From Rhodothermales bacterium (GTDB lineage Bacteria > Bacteroidota > Rhodothermia > Rhodothermales > VXPQ01): 16,351 nt of DNA. The position numbers were made by a program, and so were the translations under genes. This document shows positions 1-8,927 of the stretch, piece after piece (position 1 is the first letter of the stretch; every line of letters starts with the position of its first letter). The stretch is from NCBI GenBank assembly GCA_040904565.1, contig JBBDTI010000088.1:1-16351 (forward strand). Reading direction: 5' to 3'. The notes under the pieces were generated by a model that did not search any database, was not told the DNA's origin, and saw only the letters and a list, made by a program, of their open reading frames with translations.

Positions 1-2
1 TG

Positions 3-200
3 GTTATCGGCGTCATCGGGCTGGCCGTCGTCTACTCCTTTCGGCCCCCTTCAGGTCTTGGCGACGCACTGACGATGATGGGGCAGGGAAGAGATTTCTA
101 TTTCGAGGAGCCGGTCTATTTTGCCCTGATGGTTCTTTCAGGGATTGTCTCCCTCTTCGGCGTCGTCAGTATCGTCACGGCGATGAAAAAAGACGGCTGA
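3..200 (+). CDS. 3' end of a small hypothetical membrane protein (5'-truncated by the window edge)
   Basis: Frame 3 is open from the window start to TGA at 198-200. It translates as VIGVIGLAVVYSFRPPSGLGDALTMMGQGRDFYFEEPVYFALMVLSGIVSLFGVVSIVTAMKKDG*: two hydrophobic stretches and a short basic tail. It is absent from the ORF track because the start lies outside the window. Confidence 0.7.
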   Translation, partial: VIGVIGLAVVYSFRPPSGLGDALTMMGQGRDFYFEEPVYFALMVLSGIVSLFGVVSIVTAMKKDG

Positions 201-218
201 GGTGGTCGACCCTTCCGT

Positions 219-310
219 CTAGACATTCCCCCACTTGCATTCTGCAACCAATATGTCGTCTCCGGCTCCGATCGCAACGACATCCACTGCTCCAGACGTT
301 GCCTTCGACG
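219..310 (-). pseudogene. Probable remnant of a PD-(D/E)XK nuclease-like C-terminal domain (DUF234-type, usually fused to an archaeal-type ATPase)
   Basis: The minus strand reads VDVVAIGAGDDILVAECKWGNV*, matching the 'E-I/V-D-V-V-A ... ECKW' pattern of that domain. A GNVW segment lies just upstream in a different frame. There is no plausible start and no ATPase part. The 5' boundary is approximate. Confidence 0.45.
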
Positions 311-347
311 CAGCCTTCGTCATGACGTCCCCCATTCCGGCTGGGCC

Positions 348-384
348 AAGAAACGGTGAGGCGGACCGTTTTCGGTATGCCTCA
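348..384 (-). terminator. Probable intrinsic terminator of the sulfatase gene
   Basis: Minus-strand hairpin TGAGGC-AT-ACCG-AAAA-CGGT-CC-GCCTCA (384-357) starts just after the TAA stop and is followed by CCGTTTCTT, an imperfect U-tract. Confidence 0.5.
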
Positions 385-388
385 AGAT

Positions 389-1930
389 TTATCCCTCCAG
401 ATTCACGGGATCCTGTTCGGGAACGCCATACTCCGCTCGCAGCTCGTCGAGCCGCTGCGTGAGTTCCGCCTGAACGTCCGCGTAGGCCGGGTCGCCGTAA
501 ACGCTCTGCAGTTCGTCCGGGTCTTGCTGCAGGTCGAAGAGCTCCCACTCGTCGATCAGGTAATAGTGGATAAGCTTGTAGCGGTCGGTCCGCACGCCGT
601 AGTGGCGCTGGACCATGTGCACGGCGGGGTACTCGTAGTAGTGATAGTAGATCGCGTCGCGCCAGTCTTCCGGCGTCTGCCCGCGCAGCATCGGTTCGAG
701 ACTCCGGCCCTGCATCCAGTCGGGAATCTCCGCGCCGGCGATGTCGAGAAACGTCTCGGCGAAGTCGAGATTCTGCACGAGGTCGTCGTTTTCGGTGCCC
801 GGCGTCACAATGCCCGGCCAGCGGACGATGAGGGGCATCCGAAGGCTTTCCTCGTACATCCAGCGCTTATCGTACCAGCCGTGGTCGCCCAGATAGAATC
901 CCTGGTCGGAGCTATAAATGACGATGGTGTTGTCGGCGAGCCCGCTCTCGTCGAGGTAGTCGAGCACGCGTCCCAGGTTGTCGTCCACCGACGCGATCGA
1001 GCGGAGATAGTCCTTCACGTAGCGCTGGTATTTCCACCGGACGAGCTCGTCGCCTTCGAGTCCGGCCTCTTCGAACGCCTCGTTCTTCGGATCGTAGGCG
1101 GCAGCCCACGCCGCCATCTGTTCCTCGGTGAGGTTGTTTGGGGGATCGAGCTTAAGGTCATTGCGATTCAGGTGCTCGGGTATCGTCATTTCCTGCGTCC
1201 GCGCGGCGCTCGTGCGACCTTCGTAGTCGTCGAACAGCGTCGGCGGCTCCGGGAGGTCCTCGTCGTCGAACAGCGTCAGATGCTCCGGTCCCGGCTGCCA
1301 GTTCCGATGCGGCGCCTTGTGCTGATACATCAGCATGAAGGGCCGATCCGGATCGAGACGGTTCTGCAAGAAGTCGAGCGCCTTGTCGGTAATGACATCG
1401 GTCGTGTAGCCGGTATGCTCGTTCACGCCTCCGGCCGTCCGCATGGGCGGATTGTAATACGGCCCCTGTCCGAGTAACACGTCAAAATAGTCGAAGCCCA
1501 TCGGCTGTGACTTGAGATGCCACTTGCCTACGACGGCGGTCTGGTAACCGGCCTCCTGGAGCAGCTTCGGAAACGTCACCTGCGTCGAGTCGAACGTCTC
1601 CCGATTCGTCGGCACGCTGTTGAGGTGGCTGTGCTTCCCGGTCAGGATAACCGCCCGGCTCGGCGCGCAGATCGAATTCGTGACGAAGGCATTGCGAAAG
1701 AGCATGCCTTCCCGTGCGAGCCGGTCGATGTTCGGCGTCGGCGCGACATCCGTCAGCGGCGACGGATGAGGCAGCTTGCCTCCATACGCACCGATCGCGT
1801 GCGCCGCATGATCGTCCGTGAAGACAAAGAGGATGTTGGGCCGGTCGGCCGTCTCCGTCGTGTCGGAGGGAGCATCGCACGCGGCGAGCAGGACGATCAG
1901 TGCAACCAGGGGCAGAAGATACGTTCTCAT
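389..1930 (-). CDS. Cys-type formylglycine-dependent sulfatase (S1 family, N-acetylglucosamine-6-sulfatase-like), predicted lipoprotein
   Basis: [11 protein letters not shown] metal-binding motif, signature C88-A-P-S-R...LTG, GKWHL, HKAPH, SSDQG and DKRWMYEES motifs. The C-terminus has RTDRYKLI...[12 protein letters not shown]. The N-terminal lipobox is LAA-C18. Confidence 0.95.
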   Translation of the reverse strand: MRTYLLPLVALIVLLAACDAPSDTTETADRPNILFVFTDDHAAHAIGAYGGKLPHPSPLTDVAPTPNIDRLAREGMLFRNAFVTNSICAPSRAVILTGKHSHLNSVPTNRETFDSTQVTFPKLLQEAGYQTAVVGKWHLKSQPMGFDYFDVLLGQGPYYNPPMRTAGGVNEHTGYTTDVITDKALDFLQNRLDPDRPFMLMYQHKAPHRNWQPGPEHLTLFDDEDLPEPPTLFDDYEGRTSAARTQEMTIPEHLNRNDLKLDPPNNLTEEQMAAWAAAYDPKNEAFEEAGLEGDELVRWKYQRYVKDYLRSIASVDDNLGRVLDYLDESGLADNTIVIYSSDQGFYLGDHGWYDKRWMYEESLRMPLIVRWPGIVTPGTENDDLVQNLDFAETFLDIAGAEIPDWMQGRSLEPMLRGQTPEDWRDAIYYHYYEYPAVHMVQRHYGVRTDRYKLIHYYLIDEWELFDLQQDPDELQSVYGDPAYADVQAELTQRLDELRAEYGVPEQDPVNLEG

Positions 1931-2069
1931 ATCAATTTGGATCGGCTTGATGAATACGCTAGATCAGGGTCCGTCTAAGCATCGACTGCACGCTGGAATA
2001 TATGACCGTCTCCCCTCGCAACGGACGCGCACTCCGACGATAATTTTACCGGTGTGGCGATTCAAGGGT

Positions 2070-3527
2070 TCAAACATCGCGGCGACTCATCGGATCGAGG
2101 TACTCGTCCACGAGCGAGCGATCCCACCAACGTCCCGTTTCCTTGCGCTCGGCGGCGCTCGTGAAGCGGTAGCGGAAGAATCGCGCGCGAACCCAGCGAG
2201 GGGGTTCGTCCGGGAAGGGATTCGTCCGAAGCAGCTCGAGCACTGACGGGTCGCCTGCGAGCAGCTTCTCGACGAGTCGTGCGAACCAGCGCTCGTATCC
2301 AGGCACCCGCGCACCGCTCTCCGTCACGCGCACGGAGAGCGGCAGAAACCACATCAACCAGTCCAGCCGGAGATGGTACGGGGCGACCTGGGACGGACGC
2401 CGCGCGGGATCGCCGGGCTTTCCCTTGAACTCGTACTCGCGCCAGACTGCATCGGGGCTCGGCTCGGCATCCCGCGTCCCCTCGATAATCACTTCATGCC
2501 GCTGCTTCGTGACCGAACCGAACGCGCCGTACGCATTGACGAGGTGGAGCGGATTGTAGCTGGCATTCATGCGCTGCGCCGGCGAGAAAAAGTTTAGCGT
2601 CGGCTTGACGCTCAGAGCCACCGTCAGGATGGCCACGCCGGCCAACACGACGTCAAACCACGCCGGCCGAGGAGCCGGCGCCGCCGGGGCGGAAACCGGA
2701 AACAGGCCCGCGAGCAGCGAATCCGGCAGCGCCGGAATCGCCAGCACCACCGTCAGCCAGTTGAGCCATGCGTAGTTGCCGCTTACGATCAGCCAGAATT
2801 GATGGAAGACGATGAGTCCGCCCGCGATCGCGGCGACGGGCTGCGGCGCGAAGAGCCCAAACGGAACGATAACCTGGACGACGTGGCTGAACAGAACCGA
2901 AACCCGGTGAAACGGCTTTGGGAGTCGGTGAAAATACCAGCTCAGCGGATTGGGAAGGGGCTGCGTCTCGTAGTGATAATCGAGACAGGTCAGATTCCGC
3001 CAGCACGGGTCGTGGCGCAGCTTGATCAGGCCCGCGCCGAATTCGACCCGAAAGAGCAGCCAGCGGATGAGAAGCACCGGGACGATCGCCGGCGCTACGT
3101 GGTCCGGGCCGAAAAACGCCATAAAGAAGCCTGCCTCGAGCGTCATGGTCTCCCATCCGAATCCGTAGAAGCGGCCGCCGACATTGACGATCGATAGATA
3201 CAGGAGCCAGAGCGTCAGCCAGACGCTCATATGCAGCCAGACGGGCGCGGACGCCACGATGCCGAAGAGCGCCGCCGTCGAGAGAACGATGCCGGCCCAC
3301 GCGACGATGCGAAACAGTCGCTCGGAGTAAAGCCAGTAAAAGAGGCTCGGGCGCTCCCAGAACGTAGACGTCCCGAGCTGCTCTCGAATCGGGGTGAGTC
3401 CGCCGTCCCCGAGAACCCCCGCGAACTGATTTCGCGCCGCGAGAAACGCAATCAGGTAAATGGCTGCCACGCCGCGCTCGAAGAGCCACCGGGCAAGCCA
3501 GTACCCGTCCGCGTTAAACAGATCCAT
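2070..3527 (-). CDS. Lipase maturation factor (LMF1) family membrane protein
   Basis: Family motifs LYLSIVNVG..FYGFGWE...LEAGF, RWLLFRVEFGAGLIK, CW..LTCLDYHYETQPLPNP, SGNYAWLNWLT, NAYGAFG, YEFKGKPGD and APYHLRLDWLMWF, with multiple TM segments. Confidence 0.93.
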   Translation of the reverse strand: MDLFNADGYWLARWLFERGVAAIYLIAFLAARNQFAGVLGDGGLTPIREQLGTSTFWERPSLFYWLYSERLFRIVAWAGIVLSTAALFGIVASAPVWLHMSVWLTLWLLYLSIVNVGGRFYGFGWETMTLEAGFFMAFFGPDHVAPAIVPVLLIRWLLFRVEFGAGLIKLRHDPCWRNLTCLDYHYETQPLPNPLSWYFHRLPKPFHRVSVLFSHVVQVIVPFGLFAPQPVAAIAGGLIVFHQFWLIVSGNYAWLNWLTVVLAIPALPDSLLAGLFPVSAPAAPAPRPAWFDVVLAGVAILTVALSVKPTLNFFSPAQRMNASYNPLHLVNAYGAFGSVTKQRHEVIIEGTRDAEPSPDAVWREYEFKGKPGDPARRPSQVAPYHLRLDWLMWFLPLSVRVTESGARVPGYERWFARLVEKLLAGDPSVLELLRTNPFPDEPPRWVRARFFRYRFTSAAERKETGRWWDRSLVDEYLDPMSRRDV

Positions 3528-3646
3528 TTCCGCCGTCGAATGGATGAATGGGACGCACTACCGTTCGAAAAGGTAGAACGTCTGAACGTTTCGGTCCAGC
3601 CGTCGAACCGTTGTGTTCAGAAATGTATCGCCCGGAGAAGGAGCGC

Positions 3647-4267
3647 TTACGGCAGTGTTCGCGGTTCGAACGAAAAACCGGGGAGGACGTCTTCGCCGGT
3701 CAGCGTGGTATGAAAGTCGACGGTCTCCGCATCCGTGCCGGTGCGGTAGATCGTGATGTGCTGCTCCGCGGGGTCGATCAGCCAGGCCAGGCGGCAGCCG
3801 TTCTCGATCCATTCATCCATCTTACGGTGCAGGTGGGCGAGACGATCGCTCGGGGAGCGGATCTCCACGAGGAAATCTGGAACGACATGCGCGAACTTCT
3901 CGCGCTCGTCCGGCGTGAGGCGTTCCCAGGCCGCGCGGTTGAGCCATGCGACGTCGGCCGCCCGAAGGGCACCGTTCGGCAGCCGGAAGCCCGCCGTGCC
4001 GTCGAAGACGATGCCGTCTCCGTGCTGCTGATTCCAGGTGCCGAGTGCAATGGTAAGCACTACGGCACGAGCGCTGGATGACGGTCCGGCAGGGGACATG
4101 ATTTCGAGCTGTCCGGCAGCATTCTGCTCGAGCTGAATATCCGGATTCGCCGCACTGATACGAAGGAGGTCGTCGTCATTCAGGCGAATCACCTCCGTGA
4201 GGTCGAGCACGTACGGTTCAGGCTCCCACATGGTATGGAGAGGATTGTGGATATAAGACACATTCAT
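3647..4267 (-). CDS. Uma2 family (DUF820) putative endonuclease
   Basis: Motifs GQLEIMSP, GFRLPNGALRAADVAW, PDFLVEIRSPSD, KMDEWIENGCRLAWLIDP and LTGEDVLPGF. The true start may be the ATG at 4231 (MWEPEP). Confidence 0.92.
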   Translation of the reverse strand: MNVSYIHNPLHTMWEPEPYVLDLTEVIRLNDDDLLRISAANPDIQLEQNAAGQLEIMSPAGPSSSARAVVLTIALGTWNQQHGDGIVFDGTAGFRLPNGALRAADVAWLNRAAWERLTPDEREKFAHVVPDFLVEIRSPSDRLAHLHRKMDEWIENGCRLAWLIDPAEQHITIYRTGTDAETVDFHTTLTGEDVLPGFSFEPRTLP

Positions 4268-4625
4268 AACGCCACGTATAACCTCCGGTTCGGGTTCATA
4301 CGCCGCTGCGGCCCGGACGAGGCCGACCTGATGGAGCGCTCACCACATCTTCCGACGGAATTCAGGGGCGGTACCGGTCAGTAGCCGACCCGGACGAATT
4401 TTCCGCCTTCCGAGGCAGTTTTTTCGAATCCTGAACGCATGTATAAACGATTCGGACACGCCCGGTGCCTCTGCGTCTGCGGCGCCCATCGACCGCCTGG
4501 CATGATTCTGGCGCAGATTGGGTATCTAGGCGGGATCGTAACACCCAGAGGGTAAAGATGAGCCCGCTACCCTGGCCGGGCAATCTTCGTTTATTACATC
4601 ATTTCAGTAATGCTGGCCGGGATCT

Positions 4626-7400
4626 ATGAAGCGAGGAATAGCGGTACGCATTGCAGTCATCTTCTCCGGACTGCTCCTGCTGGCGACCAGTACGGCCGGC
4701 TACATGGTACATCACGAGGCGCGCACTTCTCTTACCAGGTCGTCCACAGAGCGACTCGCCCATACGGCGGAAGTGATCCGCGTTCGGACACTCGCGAGCG
4801 TCGAAGCCATCACGAAGGACGTGCGCTTTCTGGCATCCACGCCGCCGGTTCAGGGCATCGTGCGTGCCCGCGTACGGCGGGGGCTCGATCCGGAGACGGC
4901 CATCCTGGATTCGGAATGGCGCGCGCAGCTGCGCGATGTCTTCGAGGTGTTCCTGGAAAATCGATCTTCTTTCGTCCGGGTCAGCTACACGGACCTCCGT
5001 GCCGCACCTCAGATTCTCGTGACGGTCGGGAAGCATCCAGAAGATGCAGATCGATCAGCGCAGGCAACCCAGGCCCAATTGGCCGACATCCTTCCGTCAG
5101 ATTCAGATCTGGAACGCGGCTCCGTTTACCTGTCGGATATCGAGATCGATGGTACCGTAAACGGCGCGACGAGCGTGCCGATGGTACGCGCCGCCATTCC
5201 CGTGTTTGAGAAGCAGGGCAGACTGTTCGGCGCCGTCATGGTCGACATCGATCTTCGCGACCTGCTGGAAAGCCTCACCACGATCGTCGGCACGGATAAG
5301 TCGCTCTTCATCGCCAACGCAGACGGCGACCTGCTGACGCGTCCGAGGGGACCTTATGCGATGCGGGATGATGCCGCCACGCTGGAACACGGCATCCACG
5401 ACATCTTTGCGACCACGGAAATTCATTCGGAAAAAGTGCATTCGGTCGAGCAGCGACGGAATCATGGTCAAGCCCGCGTCCCGGGCATCGCCTATTACGA
5501 TAGGCTGGCCTACGACATCCTCAATCCCGACCGGACGATCATAATGGCCGTGGTTTCACCGAACTCCATTATTCTCGAAGCCGTCAATGGCCTCGAGAAA
5601 CGGAGCGTCCTGATCGTCTTATTTTTTAGTCTCGGCGGCGTCCTGATCGCGCTCGGACTCTCACGGTTTCTGACGCGACCGTTGAGCGATATTACCGCCG
5701 CACTCTCCCACTTCGGAGAGGAAAGCTGGGACATTGACCTGCCCACTTCACGATCCGACGAGATCGGCGTATTGGCGCGAGCGTTCGACAAAATGGCATG
5801 CCACATCCGCTACCAGCTTGAAGTGCTCGAGGATAAAGAACGGCACCAGCGTACAATACTCGAGACGGCCGCGGAGGGAATTATCGTTACGGATCGCCAC
5901 GGCTCCATCGAAAAATTCAACAGTGCCGCGGAGCGGCTGTTCGGGTATTTGTCCCATGAGGTATTGGGAAAGAGCATCACCATGCTGCTTCCGCCATACG
6001 CGCAGCATGGCCCGGATCGGTCGTCCGATGACGGGTTGTCGTGGCAAGACGTTGGGACGGGTCACGACATGATGGGTGTTCGAAAAGACGGGGCACGCAT
6101 AGAGATCTCCCTCTCCGTCAGCGAATTCGTGTTCGAGAAGCAGCGTAAGTACACCGTCTTTCTCGCGGACGTCACCGAAAGGAAAGAGTATGAACGCGCC
6201 CTTCGTGAGGCGAGGGACGAGGCCCAAGAGATGGCGCAGCTGAAGTCCGCCTTCCTGGCAAACATGAGCCACGAGCTGCGCACGCCGCTTACCGCGGTCA
6301 TCGGTTATGCCTCTATGCTGGCCGACGAACTCTCTGAAAACCAGGCGCACCACGCTCAGGTGATCGAGCGGAGCGGGCGGCGCCTGATGGATACGCTCAA
6401 CGCCGTCCTCTCCCTTGCACAGCTCGAATCACAGCAGATGACGATCGAGCTTGATGAGCTCAACGTTTCGCGCGAGGTCGAGGAAGCGGCCCAATTCTTC
6501 GAGGCGCACGCCGCCGAAAAGGGACTGGCGCTACGGTACGCCTGCAGCGCTTCCGGGCGCGCGGCCCTGGCCCGCCTCGATCGGGGTGCGCTCAACAGCG
6601 TGCTCCAGAACCTGGTCGGCAATGCGATCAAGTTTACGGACAGCGGCTTCGTAGAAGTGAGAGTACACGCCAACGACGGCACGGTCGAGATCCACGTCAG
6701 GGACACGGGCATCGGAATAGATCCAGCGTTCCTGCCGCATTTATTCGACGCGTTTCGGCAGGAATCCGTCGGACTGCAGCGCAGCCACGAGGGGAGCGGA
6801 CTTGGACTTGCCCTCACGAAGCGTCTCGTCGATCTGATGGAGGGCGCCATTCACGTCGAGAGCAGCAAAGAGGAGGGCTCCACCTTCACGGTGTCGTTCC
6901 CGCAGATCGGAACGGAACATCCAGACGCCTCGAAATCCGCCGGCGACCTCCCCGAAACGACTCACCCGGACTGGACCGAAGCGCACATTCTCGTGGTCGA
7001 AGACAATCCGGAAACCGCCCTCCTGCTGCAAAGCGTACTGTCCGTAACGGGCGACGTTACGCTGGCGTTCGACGGCGAGGAGGCTATTCGCAAGGCAGAG
7101 CGGTTGCCGTATGACCTGGTGCTGTGCGACATCAACCTTGGCAGCGGCCGTTCCGGCGTCGACGTGCTTCACGCGTTGAGGGCGGATCCCTCCTACGAAA
7201 ACGTGCCGATCATCGCGCTAACGGCGCACGCGCTCCCGGGTGACCGGGAACGCTTCTTGAAGACCGGATTCGACGATTACCTCAGCAAACCCTTCACACC
7301 GGACGCCTTGCTGCAGGGCGTCTACAAGAGCCTGCAGCGCCATCCGGACGACGCGAACGCACCGTACTTTCACCGCGTCTTTCACGCTCCAACCGCATAA
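4626..7400 (+). CDS. Hybrid sensor histidine kinase / response regulator (TM - periplasmic Cache-like sensor - TM - HAMP - PAS - HisKA - HATPase - REC)
   Basis: HAMP (SRSDEIGVLARAFDKM), PAS (FNSAAERLFGY...VRKDG...DVTERK), H-box FLANMSHELRTPL, N-box NLVGNAIKFT, G-boxes DTGIGI and GSGLGL, and a receiver domain (ILVVEDN, LVLCDINL, ALTA, LSKP). Confidence 0.95.
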   Translation: MKRGIAVRIAVIFSGLLLLATSTAGYMVHHEARTSLTRSSTERLAHTAEVIRVRTLASVEAITKDVRFLASTPPVQGIVRARVRRGLDPETAILDSEWRAQLRDVFEVFLENRSSFVRVSYTDLRAAPQILVTVGKHPEDADRSAQATQAQLADILPSDSDLERGSVYLSDIEIDGTVNGATSVPMVRAAIPVFEKQGRLFGAVMVDIDLRDLLESLTTIVGTDKSLFIANADGDLLTRPRGPYAMRDDAATLEHGIHDIFATTEIHSEKVHSVEQRRNHGQARVPGIAYYDRLAYDILNPDRTIIMAVVSPNSIILEAVNGLEKRSVLIVLFFSLGGVLIALGLSRFLTRPLSDITAALSHFGEESWDIDLPTSRSDEIGVLARAFDKMACHIRYQLEVLEDKERHQRTILETAAEGIIVTDRHGSIEKFNSAAERLFGYLSHEVLGKSITMLLPPYAQHGPDRSSDDGLSWQDVGTGHDMMGVRKDGARIEISLSVSEFVFEKQRKYTVFLADVTERKEYERALREARDEAQEMAQLKSAFLANMSHELRTPLTAVIGYASMLADELSENQAHHAQVIERSGRRLMDTLNAVLSLAQLESQQMTIELDELNVSREVEEAAQFFEAHAAEKGLALRYACSASGRAALARLDRGALNSVLQNLVGNAIKFTDSGFVEVRVHANDGTVEIHVRDTGIGIDPAFLPHLFDAFRQESVGLQRSHEGSGLGLALTKRLVDLMEGAIHVESSKEEGSTFTVSFPQIGTEHPDASKSAGDLPETTHPDWTEAHILVVEDNPETALLLQSVLSVTGDVTLAFDGEEAIRKAERLPYDLVLCDINLGSGRSGVDVLHALRADPSYENVPIIALTAHALPGDRERFLKTGFDDYLSKPFTPDALLQGVYKSLQRHPDDANAPYFHRVFHAPTA

Positions 7401-7449
7401 CGCGTCGCGCGGGGCATCGTGCTACCTGCCCGGCCAATAACGGCAGCGC

Positions 7450-8805
7450 CTAGCCGAAAAACGGCAGGGCGAGCAGCAGCACGACCGCCCATACGGCGGC
7501 CAGCGTCGCGAGCCCACCCATCGATTCGCGAAAGACGGTCGTCCAGGGCCGAGCGCGATCTCTCCAGAGCCGGACGCCCACGCCGGCCAGGATCATCAGC
7601 GTCGTGACGTTCCACCCGATCACCGCAAACCGGTTGGGCGTCAGGCCGGACTCGACCGTGCGGCTGACGACCGCCGCCAGGGCGTACCCGTTCAGAATCA
7701 GCGTGAGCAGCCCCAGGCCGAGGACGGCGTATCGGAATAAATGCCTCCCCCCGACCGAGCGTGCGTCGACCGGTCCGGAAACGACGACGGCCAGCAGCAC
7801 CATGATGGCCAGGATAGTGGCGTTGTAGACGATCAGCACGTCCCGCTCCTCGAACGGCTTCCAGAAGTAGACCGGAATGAACCACAGGACGTAGACGAGT
7901 AGAACGCCCAGAGCAAGCGGCAGGATGAGCCGGGCGAGGATTTGGAGCGTGCGCGACAGACCGGCCTGCGCGGCGTGCCCAGTGTGTTCGAGCTGTGCCG
8001 CGGGAGACGCCGCCGGGTCGTACACGGTACCGATGGCCAGCAGCGGGATGGCGCCCACGGCCCAGGCCGCGACCACCACAAGATCTTTCTCGGGGAGCTC
8101 GATGCCGAGTACTGCGAAGATGCCGTAGGTCAGTCCAACAAAGATCAGTCCCGCTCCGAAGAAGATACCACCCGTCAACACGGCCTCGGCGGACTTGACG
8201 AGGTAGGCGAAGGACTGCCTCGCGGGATCGGAGTAGCCGAGACACAGCGCAGCACCGACGACGGCCCAGGAAACGAAGAGCAGGTGGATGGCACCGAGAA
8301 AGGCGGCGTCATCGGTTCGCGCTCCGAGGGTGAGCCCCACGTAGAGGGAGGCTGCCACGATGGCTGTAGCGGCGGCGGCGTACCCGGTCAGATGCCTTGT
8401 TGAAAGGCGCTGCGTCACATACTGGCTCCATGCCAGAAAGCCCAGGAGCCCAACCGCCACGAGCGGCCCCCACCCCACCCAGAACAGCAGGTTCGCCTCG
8501 TCCGGAACAGGGACGGGCGGCTCGCCGCCCGCCAGCAGGGCACTCCCGAGACCGAGCAGCACGCTCGCGCCGACGATCGTCCACCAGCGCCGGTCGGGGC
8601 CATCCTCCACCTCATCATCTACCCTCGCTACGTCGAGCCGGTGCGCCCAGGCTTTGAGGACGACGTCTTCCCGCTGTTCTGCTGCGAGCTGTCGCAGTGC
8701 CTCGATAAAAGCGTCGTCGTCTCCGGCGCTCCGTGCGGTTCTATAGAGGCGTTCGAGCGCCGCAGGGTCTCCGATCGCTTCCTCGATGTCGTGTTTTATC
8801 TTCAT
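7450..8805 (-). CDS. DUF4153-like polytopic membrane protein
   Basis: A soluble N-terminal 'DPAALERLYR...VLKAWAHRL' segment is followed by about 10-11 hydrophobic helices with motifs PFEERDVLIVYNATILAIM and SGLTPNRFAVIGWN, which I recall from DUF4153-annotated proteins. I placed the start at ATG 8805 (MKIKHD) rather than 8910, which would leave no room for the divergent promoters. Confidence 0.75.
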   Translation of the reverse strand: MKIKHDIEEAIGDPAALERLYRTARSAGDDDAFIEALRQLAAEQREDVVLKAWAHRLDVARVDDEVEDGPDRRWWTIVGASVLLGLGSALLAGGEPPVPVPDEANLLFWVGWGPLVAVGLLGFLAWSQYVTQRLSTRHLTGYAAAATAIVAASLYVGLTLGARTDDAAFLGAIHLLFVSWAVVGAALCLGYSDPARQSFAYLVKSAEAVLTGGIFFGAGLIFVGLTYGIFAVLGIELPEKDLVVVAAWAVGAIPLLAIGTVYDPAASPAAQLEHTGHAAQAGLSRTLQILARLILPLALGVLLVYVLWFIPVYFWKPFEERDVLIVYNATILAIMVLLAVVVSGPVDARSVGGRHLFRYAVLGLGLLTLILNGYALAAVVSRTVESGLTPNRFAVIGWNVTTLMILAGVGVRLWRDRARPWTTVFRESMGGLATLAAVWAVVLLLALPFFG

Positions 8806-8884
8806 GGTCGACTTTTCTTTTGGATTGATGTTGGATATCCCTCCCGCATTGCAGGGCTCAGCGTCGGCCCGTAATATGCCGCCA

Positions 8885-8927
8885 GAGCTCGTGAGCGGCA
8901 TGAGCGACATCTGAGCATTTCGTGAGC
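8885..8927. promoter_or_regulatory. Tandem direct-repeat array TGAGC x4 (plus one GAGC); putative binding site for an OmpR/PhoB-type winged helix
   Basis: TGAGC occurs at 8892, 8901, 8912 and 8923 (spacing 9, 11, 11 bp), with GAGC at 8885. The array lies between the divergent genes and overlaps the regulator's GTG start. Confidence 0.6.

Noticed and set aside
219-548. 109-aa minus-strand ORF as a real full-length gene
   Set aside because: Its N-terminal half overlaps the sulfatase out of frame and is Arg/Gly/Ala-rich noise. Only the last ~25 aa look protein-like, and these are reported as a remnant.
356-1477. 373-aa plus-strand ORF
   Set aside because: Antisense shadow of the clearly recognisable sulfatase, with no motifs. 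Long shadow ORFs are expected in high-GC coding DNA.
2653-3489. 278-aa alternative-frame ORF inside the LMF1 gene (and similar ones at 7382-8245 and 12690-13361)
   Set aside because: Arg/Pro/Gly-rich off-frame translations typical of GC-rich genes, with no domain features.
3647-4267. Uma2 gene as part of a defence or restriction system
   Set aside because: It stands alone with no methylase, toxin or ATPase partner, and Uma2 genes are commonly scattered as multicopy orphans.
4405-4424. GCCT-TCCG-AGGC hairpin with T-run as a terminator
   Set aside because: The stem is only 4 bp and there is no plus-strand gene directly upstream to terminate.
4362-4583. 73-aa minus-strand ORF in the Uma2 / kinase intergenic region
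   Set aside because: No recognisable motif or RBS, and an Arg-rich composition typical of spurious frames.
8806-8910. 35-aa N-terminal extension of the DUF4153-like ORF (start at 8910)
   Set aside because: It runs through the repeat array and putative promoter and would leave only 11 bp between the divergent genes. ATG 8805 fits better.
8885-8927. TGAGC repeats as a CRISPR array or iterons
   Set aside because: The repeats are only 5 bp with 4-6 bp spacers, and no cas or rep genes are present.
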